From NCBI GenBank assembly GCA_900299395.1, contig OMJO01000038.1:1-45057 (forward strand): 45,057 bases of DNA. The letters run 5' to 3'. The position numbers were made by a program, and so were the translations under genes. The notes below the pieces were generated by a model that was given only the letters and a program-made list of their open reading frames with translations, was not told where the DNA came from and made no database searches. Origin of the DNA: a bacterium. GTDB taxonomy: Bacteria; Patescibacteriota; Saccharimonadia; Saccharimonadales; OMJO01. Positions 28,145-36,422 of the stretch are shown here, in pieces (position 1 is the first letter of the stretch; every line of letters begins with the position of its first letter).

Positions 28145-29176
28145 CTAGCCCTCTTTAACTGCAGCTTTGTGAGCTGCCTGACCGACGTCGGCTACGAGCT
28201 CAACCAAACGATTACTGTAGCCCCATTCGTTGTCGTACCAAACAACCACTTTCGCAAGATTACCTGACACAACATTCGTAAGCAGCAGATCAACAATACC
28301 CGAATGACTATTGCCGACGTAGTCTTTGCTCACTAACGGCTCTTCACTAACATCAAGGATCCCTTGGAAATATGGCTCCTTTACCGCCTTTTTAAACACC
28401 TCATTAATGTCTTCTTTGGTGGTATTCTTTTTCAGAACCATCGTAACGTCACTAAGGCTGACGACGGGACTTGGTACACGCACGCTAAGCCCATCAAATT
28501 TATCTTTTAATTGTGGCAATGCGAGCGTTACAGCAATTGCTGCCCCAGTCGTTGTTGGCACAATATTTTCGGCGGCCGCACGGGCTTCTCGCATATCTTT
28601 TGCGGGGCCATCTTGCAATGCCTGGCTCGCCGTGTAGCTATGTACCGTTGTTAACATGGCTTTCTCTACCCCGAAAGCTTCCTCCATAATGGCCATAATG
28701 GCGGCTACTGAATTCGTAGTACAGCTAGCGTTACTAACGATATCGCCTGCATCTTTTAGGCGATCCTCATTTGCCCCGATGACTAACGTCTCCACATCAG
28801 CACTTTTACTTGGCGCAGATATGACCACCTTCTTTGCACCTGCTTTGAGGTGCATACTCGCATCTTCACTCTTGGTGAAACGACCAGTTGACTCAATAAC
28901 GACATCTACTTTGAGTTCAGCCCACGGCAGCGCTGTAGGGTCCTTTTCGGCAGTTACCTGTATTTTTTGATCATCTACGATCAGATGTGTCTCATCTGAT
29001 TCGACCGTATGCTCATACGTCCCATAGTTACTATCATGTTTAAGCAAGTATGCCAGTGTCTTGGTTTCTGTCAGATCGTTAATCGCCACGATTTCAATAT
29101 CTGACCGTTCGAACGCTATCTTGAATGCATTGCGTCCGATACGCCCAAAACCATTGATAGCAACTCGTATTTTCAT
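28145..29176 (-). CDS. gap: Type I glyceraldehyde-3-phosphate dehydrogenase
   Basis: INGFGRIGR and the catalytic SNASCTTN. I chose ATG 29176 (MKIRVAING), which is preceded by GGGGGAG. The tracked ORF starts 12 nt upstream at 29188. Confidence 0.9.
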   Translation of the reverse strand: MKIRVAINGFGRIGRNAFKIAFERSDIEIVAINDLTETKTLAYLLKHDSNYGTYEHTVESDETHLIVDDQKIQVTAEKDPTALPWAELKVDVVIESTGRFTKSEDASMHLKAGAKKVVISAPSKSADVETLVIGANEDRLKDAGDIVSNASCTTNSVAAIMAIMEEAFGVEKAMLTTVHSYTASQALQDGPAKDMREARAAAENIVPTTTGAAIAVTLALPQLKDKFDGLSVRVPSPVVSLSDVTMVLKKNTTKEDINEVFKKAVKEPYFQGILDVSEEPLVSKDYVGNSHSGIVDLLLTNVVSGNLAKVVVWYDNEWGYSNRLVELVADVGQAAHKAAVKEG

Positions 29177-29230
29177 AACTCCCCCCATTGATGTGTTCTA
29201 GAGGTATTGTATATGCTTACGGTTGTTTGC

Positions 29231-29668
29231 TCAAGAAGCAAGTAAGTGGTTATCAAGCACGTGCTGCAAAACTTCCTTGTGCAAGGGGTATTCAAACTCT
29301 TTGACAGCCTGCTCGGGTTTAACCCATTGAAATTCTGCATGCTCATGACTCAGCGTCACGTCGTCAATATCCACACGCGTTCTGTAGAACAAAAAGACAA
29401 CATTCTCGATCTGGTTGCCAGCCTTCTGGTCTATCCATTCCCGAACTTCAGTCTTGGCATAGACTAGCAGAGGCGCTTTGACAGTAAGCCCAGCCTCTTC
29501 TTCTGCTTCCCGTACCATACAAGCCTCAAGTGATTCACCAGGGTCACGGTAGCCACCCGGCAAATCCCACTGCAGTGGCCTCCGTACATCACTTTTGCTC
29601 CGACGCAACATGAGCATTTCACCCTTCGGGTTCAGCACCACTGCTTTGACAATGTGACGCGTGTTCAT
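29231..29668 (-). CDS. NUDIX hydrolase
   Basis: 145 aa with the Nudix box GGYRDPGESLEACMVREAEEEAGL. Confidence 0.8.
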   Translation of the reverse strand: MNTRHIVKAVVLNPKGEMLMLRRSKSDVRRPLQWDLPGGYRDPGESLEACMVREAEEEAGLTVKAPLLVYAKTEVREWIDQKAGNQIENVVFLFYRTRVDIDDVTLSHEHAEFQWVKPEQAVKEFEYPLHKEVLQHVLDNHLLAS

Positions 29669-30196
29669 CTAACCCTTTTTGGCGCGTTCTATTGAGTCTT
29701 CGACGACTTTTTTGGCAGCCGCTGCATCGCCCCAACCATTGAACTCTACCTTGGTACCTTGCCAATCTTTTTTCCAGGCCTTGTACTGTCGGTAGAAGTG
29801 TTCAACCATTGGCTTAAAGTTTGGTCCAAGATTATCAACGTCAGTGATATGGGTCTTTGTAACATCGTCAGCAGCTACACATACCAGCTTTTCATCAGCC
29901 TCATCATCATCAACCATGTATAAAACGCCAATGGGACGGACAGGCACGACCACACCATGTGGCAATGGTTCGTCGATGACTACCATTGCGTCCAGTGGAT
30001 CGCCGTCTTCACATAAGGTGTCTGGGATGTACCCGTAGTCGGTAGGATAACCCAAAGATGTTCCATTTACTCTGTCGAGAAATAGTAAGCCCGTTTCTTT
30101 ATCAAGCTCGTACTTGTTACGATTGCCCTTTTGAATCTCAATCACAACATTAACTACATTAGGGGCGTCTTTGCCATAGCTCAGCTTAGTGCTCAT
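29669..30196 (-). CDS. ppa: Inorganic pyrophosphatase (family I)
   Basis: 175 aa with YPTDYGYIPDTLCEDGDPLDAMV. GGAG lies 8 nt upstream of the start. Confidence 0.9.
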   Translation of the reverse strand: MSTKLSYGKDAPNVVNVVIEIQKGNRNKYELDKETGLLFLDRVNGTSLGYPTDYGYIPDTLCEDGDPLDAMVVIDEPLPHGVVVPVRPIGVLYMVDDDEADEKLVCVAADDVTKTHITDVDNLGPNFKPMVEHFYRQYKAWKKDWQGTKVEFNGWGDAAAAKKVVEDSIERAKKG

Positions 30197-30247
30197 CTTT
30201 TATCTCCGTTTACTTCGATAATATTGTACACTAAGATCAAGCGTACT

Positions 30248-30940
30248 ATGAAGACAACTATCATTGGGCATCGCGGAGCCGCGGGTCCAGCAATTGAAAA
30301 CACTATTGCCAGTTTCAAGCGAGCCCTTGAGCTTGGCGCCAATGCCATCGAGCTTGACGTTCGTAAAACGGCAGACGACATTCTGGTTGTGTGTCACGAT
30401 CGAAACCTCGATAGAGTGGCTGGTGCTGATGTAGTGATCCGCAAAACCAAGTGGCGAGATCTCCAGAAAGTAACGCTGAAAGATGGGAGTTCACATATTC
30501 CCACCCTCGACGAGGCCTTAGCTGTTATCGGTACAACACCAGTGCTTATTGAGATTAAAGCTTCAGGTTGCAGTAAGCAGCTCGCTGAAATCATTGATAG
30601 ACATGCCGATGCAAAGGTCACTATCATATCATTCAAACTTAGCGAACTACTAGAGATGCGTCAGCTACGTCCTAAAATCCCGTTATTTCTCAATGAGCAA
30701 ACCAAAGCTATCGAAGCTATTCAAGCAGCTAGAGCCCTAAAACTCAGCGGTATCGGACTAAACTTTTGGCTGCTTAATCCTCTGGCCTACACGCTTGCAC
30801 GAAGGGCCAAACTGAAAGTCTTTGTTTATACTGTTAACCGTCGCTTTTATGGGCGACTCATCCATTTACTGTATCCCCGTGTAAGCATCTGCACCGATCA
30901 TCCCGAGTATTTTGTATCCCGCAGGAGAAGAAGACGATGA
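30248..30940 (+). CDS. Glycerophosphodiester phosphodiesterase family protein
   Basis: MKTTIIGHRGAAGPAIENT and AIELDV motifs. I chose ATG 30248; the tracked ORF 5' extension overlaps ppa. Confidence 0.75.
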   Translation: MKTTIIGHRGAAGPAIENTIASFKRALELGANAIELDVRKTADDILVVCHDRNLDRVAGADVVIRKTKWRDLQKVTLKDGSSHIPTLDEALAVIGTTPVLIEIKASGCSKQLAEIIDRHADAKVTIISFKLSELLEMRQLRPKIPLFLNEQTKAIEAIQAARALKLSGIGLNFWLLNPLAYTLARRAKLKVFVYTVNRRFYGRLIHLLYPRVSICTDHPEYFVSRRRRRR

Positions 30941-31626
30941 AAGTTACATTCGTAAAAAGCGAGCAGACGGCGGAATCTATTCAAACATTCTGGTTTAAAC
31001 CACAGTCCCCCGTGCAGTACACGGCTGGGCAATTTATAGAGTTACGGCTCCCACACCCAAAAGCTGACAAACGTGGCGAAAAGCGCTGGTTTACCCTCTC
31101 ATCCTCACCGACCGAGCCACTCCTTTCAATCACCACAAAATTCAGCAAGCCGAGTAGCACGTTTAAGAGTACTCTTTTACAGCTAAAACACGGTCAGCAG
31201 GTATACATGTCCGATCCCATGGGTGATTTCGTCCTGCCGATCGATAAAACGATACCCTTGCTGTATGTCGCTGGTGGCATTGGCATTACGCCCGTACGAA
31301 GCATGATTAAGTGGCTCAGCGACACAAAGGAAGAGCGACGCATTACCATTGTGTATGTCACAAGGTCTGCGGATGAATTTGCGTTTATAAAGTTATTCAA
31401 TAACTACGGTGCCACGCTCATACAGCTAAATACTGAACATGATGGTGAAAAAGCCCATCTCAACGCACGACGTATCCTCGATATTGCCAGCCCTGAATCT
31501 CAAACCCAAATATACCTTTCTGGCCCAGAACCCATGATAGAAGCCCTCGTTGCTCAATTCGACAAGCAGGGTTATGACCAACATCAACTTATCACTGATT
31601 ATTTCCCCGGATATACCCCGATCTAA
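30937..31626 (+). CDS. FNR-like FAD/NAD(P)-binding oxidoreductase
   Basis: 229 aa with the RWFTLSS (RxYS-type FAD motif) and VAGGIGITP nucleotide-binding motif. ATGA overlap with the upstream gene. Confidence 0.7.
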   Translation: MKVTFVKSEQTAESIQTFWFKPQSPVQYTAGQFIELRLPHPKADKRGEKRWFTLSSSPTEPLLSITTKFSKPSSTFKSTLLQLKHGQQVYMSDPMGDFVLPIDKTIPLLYVAGGIGITPVRSMIKWLSDTKEERRITIVYVTRSADEFAFIKLFNNYGATLIQLNTEHDGEKAHLNARRILDIASPESQTQIYLSGPEPMIEALVAQFDKQGYDQHQLITDYFPGYTPI

Positions 31627-31637
31627 ATACTGGCAGA

Positions 31638-32156
31638 TTACCTTTTGGTGTCGTCCGATACCATCGACATATTTGCCATAGCCGTGCTAATGCGATGATA
31701 AAAATGCAGATGCCCCGACGGCGTTGCTTGCAACAGTTTTGCTATAACCTTTGATACGGCCACCTCACTATCAGTAAAGATTACCCGTCCTCTCGCGGTA
31801 ATATACAACTTCTTGCCTCGACGATCTTCACGATATATACGTTGCCGCAATGCATGACGGGCGATAAGGTCCTGACTGGCTACTGTTATTTGTGGCGTAC
31901 TAATGCCCAGCTCTTTCGCTGCAGCCGTAACACCAATCCCGTCGTTCCCTTTCCCAAAAATCAGCCCGAGCAAAAGCCACTGAGCCAGATTTAACTTGTA
32001 CTGTTTGAGTTCTTTGTTAATAAGACGACTAACATTGCGTTGTGCCTTGTTGGTAATGCGCAGGAGTTCATTGGGTGAGACCTGAGCTGAATGAGAACTG
32101 GGAGTTTCTTTCCCCCCGACAGTTACAGATATTACCTTAGCTGGCATGACCTTCAA
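31638..32156 (-). CDS. MarR family transcriptional regulator
   Basis: 172 aa with a winged-helix core (LNLAQWLLLGLI...ELGISTPQITVASQDLIARHALRQ...DRRGKKLYITARG). Its start overlaps the trxB 3' end. Confidence 0.75.
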   Translation of the reverse strand: MKVMPAKVISVTVGGKETPSSHSAQVSPNELLRITNKAQRNVSRLINKELKQYKLNLAQWLLLGLIFGKGNDGIGVTAAAKELGISTPQITVASQDLIARHALRQRIYREDRRGKKLYITARGRVIFTDSEVAVSKVIAKLLQATPSGHLHFYHRISTAMANMSMVSDDTKR

Positions 32157-33096
32157 GGTGTTTACGAATCATGAGCGCAGCCGTCGCACCTTCACCTGCG
32201 GCACTGGCGATTTGCATTGTCGCCCCACTCCGGACATCACCCGCGGCGTATACGCCCGCCATAGATGTCTCCAGCTCACAATTAGTTTTTATCATGCCAA
32301 CTTCATCTAGTTCTATCTTGCTATCTTTCAGAAACTGCGTGTTAGGGAGTAGCCCGATGAATATGAAAACGCCATCGGTATCAAATGATACAGGTTTTTT
32401 GTTTACCACGTCAGTGCCCTTCACCTTGTTGACCACACCATTCTCCGCCACGATTTCGTCAGTGGTTGTATTCATGTGAACCGTGATTTTGTCGGCGTGT
32501 TTTTGTAGCTCTTGTTGCAGTATCTCTGAGGCGCGCATTTTGGGCCCCCGTACAAGCAAGTCAATATGGCTGGCGAATCGCGTCAGGAAGATTGCTTCCT
32601 GGATTGCCGAGTTGCCCCCACCGACTACGACCAGTCGTTTGTCACGATAAAATGCTCCGTCACAGGTGGCACAATAATGAACCCCCCGGGCATAATATTC
32701 CTGCTCACCCGGTATGCCTAATTTCTTATAATCACTGCCGGTTGCGATAAGTACACTTTTCGCATATATATCACCATCCGTAGTGGCCAGCTTCTTATAG
32801 CCACCATCTTCTGTGATGCCCATGACCTCACCGAGGCGTATTTCTGCTCCAAAACGCTCAGCCTGCTTTTGTAGACTATCGGCTAGCTCAAGCCCAGCAA
32901 TCCCTTTCGCGAATCCCGGGTAGTTATCAACCCAGTCAGTTATAGCTGCCAAGCCCCCCACTACCCCTTTTTCGAATAGTATCGTATCGATATCTTCACG
33001 AGTTGTGTATATCGCAGCAGACAGCGCAGCTGGGCCTGCTCCGATCATTACTACATCGTGTATCTCTCGTTTATCCGTCATAGCTCTCTTTATCAT
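32137..33096 (-). CDS. trxB: Thioredoxin-disulfide reductase
   Basis: 319 aa with VVMIGAGPAALSAAIY, the redox-active CATCDG and GGGNSA. Confidence 0.9.
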   Translation of the reverse strand: MIKRAMTDKREIHDVVMIGAGPAALSAAIYTTREDIDTILFEKGVVGGLAAITDWVDNYPGFAKGIAGLELADSLQKQAERFGAEIRLGEVMGITEDGGYKKLATTDGDIYAKSVLIATGSDYKKLGIPGEQEYYARGVHYCATCDGAFYRDKRLVVVGGGNSAIQEAIFLTRFASHIDLLVRGPKMRASEILQQELQKHADKITVHMNTTTDEIVAENGVVNKVKGTDVVNKKPVSFDTDGVFIFIGLLPNTQFLKDSKIELDEVGMIKTNCELETSMAGVYAAGDVRSGATMQIASAAGEGATAALMIRKHLEGHAS

Positions 33097-33154
33097 AACT
33101 CATTGCATCGCTCGCTTCATAGTGAGCGCAGCTGAATCGTTCTGCGGAAGCCAA

Positions 33155-33403
33155 CTACGCGATAGCTGGCGCCAATTTAGCCAAGTTGTATCCAACAACG
33201 ACTTCTTTTGTTTCGTCAGCTTTTGTAACAACCGTTACGGGGACAGTTAAAGACCCGCTGACTGCAAGCGCTTCTGCCTGACGCTCGGGATGTTCGTCCA
33301 GGTTCACGACGTCATATTCCATGCCTTTAGCGCCTAGATATTTCTTAACCATTGCACAGTAGGCGCAAGTATTCGTCGTAAAAATAGTGATGTTTTTGAC
33401 CAT
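33155..33403 (-). CDS. Glutaredoxin-like/NrdH-like small redoxin
   Basis: 82 aa with a thioredoxin fold and CAYC active site near the N-terminus (ITIFTTNTCAYCAMVKKYL). Confidence 0.75.
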   Translation of the reverse strand: MVKNITIFTTNTCAYCAMVKKYLGAKGMEYDVVNLDEHPERQAEALAVSGSLTVPVTVVTKADETKEVVVGYNLAKLAPAIA

Positions 33404-33521
33404 CGTAAAACCCTCTTATGTTAGTTAGTTTTATATTGTTTGTCTCTTTCGCTTATTACGCTTATGTATTATATATAGCGTCTCGACCCATGTCAACCCA
33501 CCATATATTGTGTTTTTTACG

Positions 33522-34052
33522 CTATTGGCCTATTTTTACTAAATCAATGTCGAACACAAGATCGGCGTTCGCAGGGATACCTGAACCGGCAGGCGGGTTG
33601 GCTCCATACGCCTGATCGGCGGGTATAAGCAAACGGCGCTTGCCGCCAACTTTCATGCCGGGTACGCCCTCAGACCAGCCCTTAATGACACCATTGAGGC
33701 TAAATGGTACCGGTTGCCCCGTATCATATGAGCTCTGAAATATAATGCCGGTTGCTGCTACTGCGCCGGTGTAATGCGCGGTGACAGTATCACCTGCTTT
33801 TGCCTCATTACCAGTGCCGACTTTTTCATCAATCTTTTGTAGTGATTCTACTCTTGCCATTGGTGTAAAACCATTCAACCTAGTTCCTTGCAAGGTGTTT
33901 TCCCCCTTTTTCGTATCAGTTTTTGCTGATGAATTACTTGTTTTATTATCTTGATACATCTGCCAGACAACGATGCCGCTAAAACCAACGGTTGTTGTCA
34001 AAAAAAGTACTGCAGCAACTATAGCTATCACGCGCTCATGTGGTCGTGCCAT
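33522..34052 (-). CDS. FKBP-type peptidyl-prolyl isomerase, membrane anchored
   Basis: N-terminal TM followed by an FKBP core (GDTVTAHYTG...VIKGWSEGVPGMKVGGKRRLLIPADQAYG). Confidence 0.85.
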   Translation of the reverse strand: MARPHERVIAIVAAVLFLTTTVGFSGIVVWQMYQDNKTSNSSAKTDTKKGENTLQGTRLNGFTPMARVESLQKIDEKVGTGNEAKAGDTVTAHYTGAVAATGIIFQSSYDTGQPVPFSLNGVIKGWSEGVPGMKVGGKRRLLIPADQAYGANPPAGSGIPANADLVFDIDLVKIGQ

Positions 34053-34104
34053 GTAGAAATATCTCCCTTATACGTAGAAGCTAGTATAGCTGCTACAGCT
34101 TGGA

Positions 34105-34548
34105 TTAGCCAGCGATTTCCACCGGAATATCCGGCCACTGATGATGATAGTGCGCCAATATGGTGTCTCGCAATTTTTCAGTAACAAAAGGCCTCGTATG
34201 AAGATCTTTTAACAAAACCCACCCAGGTTCGTAGAGATTTTTACCCATATTACTAATAAGAAATTCTTCGGAGTTTTCTTGCAGTTTTGCTTCACCACTA
34301 ACGTACGTACACAAGTATATGAGTTGGTCTCCATATGGATCACCAGCGTGATGCACAATTACCAGCTTTGGATCCTTGAAGGTGATGGATGTCTCATCAA
34401 GAAGTTCTCTTTTTAGCGCCTGTTCTGGCGACTCGCCGCCGCCAATATTACCCCCGGGTAACGTATCGTATACTCGGCCAAACTTGTTGCGATGCATCAC
34501 CAGCAGCTTGTCGTCCTTGATAATAATGGCTCGTGCTGCACGTCTCAT
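34105..34548 (-). CDS. NUDIX hydrolase
   Basis: 147 aa with the Nudix box GGNIGGGESPEQALKRELLDETS. Confidence 0.8.
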   Translation of the reverse strand: MRRAARAIIIKDDKLLVMHRNKFGRVYDTLPGGNIGGGESPEQALKRELLDETSITFKDPKLVIVHHAGDPYGDQLIYLCTYVSGEAKLQENSEEFLISNMGKNLYEPGWVLLKDLHTRPFVTEKLRDTILAHYHHQWPDIPVEIAG

Positions 34549-34567
34549 ACTCTAGAGTGTACGGTGC

Positions 34568-36334
34568 CTAGCCAGCAATTTCAAACTCCTTCAGTTTTTC
34601 ATCGGCTGCGGTACCTTTGTGCTGTAGGCGTAATAGCTGAGCGTAGATTCCGTTACTTCTCGCCAGTTCTTGCGGACTACCTACTTCATCGATACGACCT
34701 TTGCGAATCGTGACAATCTGATCGACATTACTAATAGTGCTGAGTCGGTGGGCAATAATAATCGTGGTTCGCCCCTTCATGAGCCTTTCTAGGGCTTGCT
34801 GCACCATAGCTTCACTCTTACTGTCGAGACTACTGGTCGCTTCGTCGAGTATCAAAATTGGCGCATCTTTTAGTAGTGCACGAGCGATAGCTATTCGCTG
34901 TTTTTGCCCGCCAGACAATTTTAATCCTCGTTCACCAATCTCTGTTTGGTAACCCTTTTCTAGTTTAGTAATAAACTCGTCAGCATTCGCTGCTTTCGCG
35001 GCCGCCTCGACTTCGACCTGCGAAGCGTTGGGTCGTGCGTAGGAAATATTTTCAAATATGGTACCGCTAAATAGGGCGGGGTCTTGGAACACTACCCCAA
35101 TGTTTTGCCGTAACGACTGTTGTGTTACTACGTTAATATCTTGTCCGTCTATAGTGATAGTCCCCGACTGTGGTTCATAGAGGCGCATAAGGAGGTTGGT
35201 GAGAGTTGTCTTGCCTTCGCCGCTTTCACCAACCAAGGCCACTTTACTATCGGGGAGGATGTCTAAGGAGATGTTTTGCAGAACTGGCTCCTTGTCATAC
35301 GCAAACGAAACATTATCGAAAACAATATGAGCCCGAGTTATCTGTAGTGCAGCTGCATCAGTAGCGTCGGCGATCTGTGGCTGTATATTCATAATTTCAA
35401 AGTAGTCTTGGCTGTCTGATATAGCACGCTGCGTATTCTCGACGAGAAAACTAATCGTAAAAATCGGGATCCTAATCTGCATAGCATAGAGAATGAGCGC
35501 TACGGTCTGGCCTGGCGTTAATACCCCCCGTGCGCCCTGTACAAATACATACATGTACACTGACAAAAATATGACATTAAGCACAACGCGACGTTGTACA
35601 TCTCGTACATGCCAAAAGCGTGACTGAGGGACATTTGTGTCTACCACCGTTTGCATGTGTTTGTCGAAGAAAGCATTTTCTCGCTTTTCCTGTATGTAAC
35701 TTTTGACAACCTTTACCTGGCTAATCGATTCGGCGAAGCGGCCACTCGCTATGTCGGTATGTTTGTTTTTCTTTGCCTGATACTGCTGCCACGTACTACT
35801 GCTCAAGAACGTCATCCATACATAAATCGGATAGAGCAAGAACAGCATAAGTGCCACTTGCCAGCTATAGATAGCCATCACAATGAGCGCAAACACCGTA
35901 CTAAAGATAAACTGCAGGAAGTTGTTGCTCATCATCTGCATAAAGTTCGCGATCTGTACTATCGAACGATTGAGACGATTAATGATTTTGCCGGAAAGTT
36001 CAGTATCAAAATATTGCTGTGGCAGGCTTAAAAGGTGCGCATAGTAGCGGCTGCTCAGTACTTTATTAAGCTTCGCCGACATTTGATCACCCAGGTAACC
36101 ACCAATGTTACTAAATAACGTGCTAAAAATATCCATCAGAAAAATTACTACTGCCAAGACGACCACATACTGGACACGAGCGTTAGTTCCTTTGCGTATC
36201 TCGTCGATTGCCCATCCAGACAGCAAGGGCTGCAATAAACTCATCAAGCTTAATAAAATAGTAAAAAAACTAATCGCCACGTAATAGCGCCATAGTTCAC
36301 GCCCTGACTGCAAAATCCGAAGAATGTGCTTCAT
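34568..36334 (-). CDS. ABC exporter, fused permease/ATPase (MsbA-like)
   Basis: 588 aa with six N-terminal TM segments, Walker A GESGEGKTT, signature LSGGQKQR and Walker B ILILDEATS. Confidence 0.9.
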   Translation of the reverse strand: MKHILRILQSGRELWRYYVAISFFTILLSLMSLLQPLLSGWAIDEIRKGTNARVQYVVVLAVVIFLMDIFSTLFSNIGGYLGDQMSAKLNKVLSSRYYAHLLSLPQQYFDTELSGKIINRLNRSIVQIANFMQMMSNNFLQFIFSTVFALIVMAIYSWQVALMLFLLYPIYVWMTFLSSSTWQQYQAKKNKHTDIASGRFAESISQVKVVKSYIQEKRENAFFDKHMQTVVDTNVPQSRFWHVRDVQRRVVLNVIFLSVYMYVFVQGARGVLTPGQTVALILYAMQIRIPIFTISFLVENTQRAISDSQDYFEIMNIQPQIADATDAAALQITRAHIVFDNVSFAYDKEPVLQNISLDILPDSKVALVGESGEGKTTLTNLLMRLYEPQSGTITIDGQDINVVTQQSLRQNIGVVFQDPALFSGTIFENISYARPNASQVEVEAAAKAANADEFITKLEKGYQTEIGERGLKLSGGQKQRIAIARALLKDAPILILDEATSSLDSKSEAMVQQALERLMKGRTTIIIAHRLSTISNVDQIVTIRKGRIDEVGSPQELARSNGIYAQLLRLQHKGTAADEKLKEFEIAG

Positions 36335-36342
36335 CGCTTACT

Positions 36343-36372
36343 ATTGTATCCCTGTTTTAAAACTTTAAACAA
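36343..36372 (-). promoter_or_regulatory. Putative promoter of the ABC exporter gene (near-leaderless)
   Basis: TACAAT (36348..36343) lies 8 nt upstream of ATG 36334. A TTGTTT/TGTTTA -35 candidate overlaps the U-tract of the upstream terminator. Confidence 0.45.
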
Positions 36373-36422
36373 AAACATCTCCCAAAACCGATGTTGCATG
36401 AGAACATCAACTTTGGGAGATG
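36367..36422 (-). terminator. Intrinsic terminator ending the ncRNA unit
   Basis: Minus-strand CAUCUCCCAAA (36422..36412) pairs perfectly with UUUGGGAGAUG (36386..36376). There is an inner 6-bp helix (36408..36403 with 36395..36390). UUUUUGUUU follows at 36375..36367. Confidence 0.75.

Noticed and set aside
30131-30247. 5' extensions of the tracked ORFs for the GDPD gene (30131), galU (12309), gatC (16571), the HD protein (12269, TTG) and gap (29188).
   Set aside because: The extensions overlap neighbouring genes or add sequence not expected for the family. Internal ATGs with -10 or SD context fit better.
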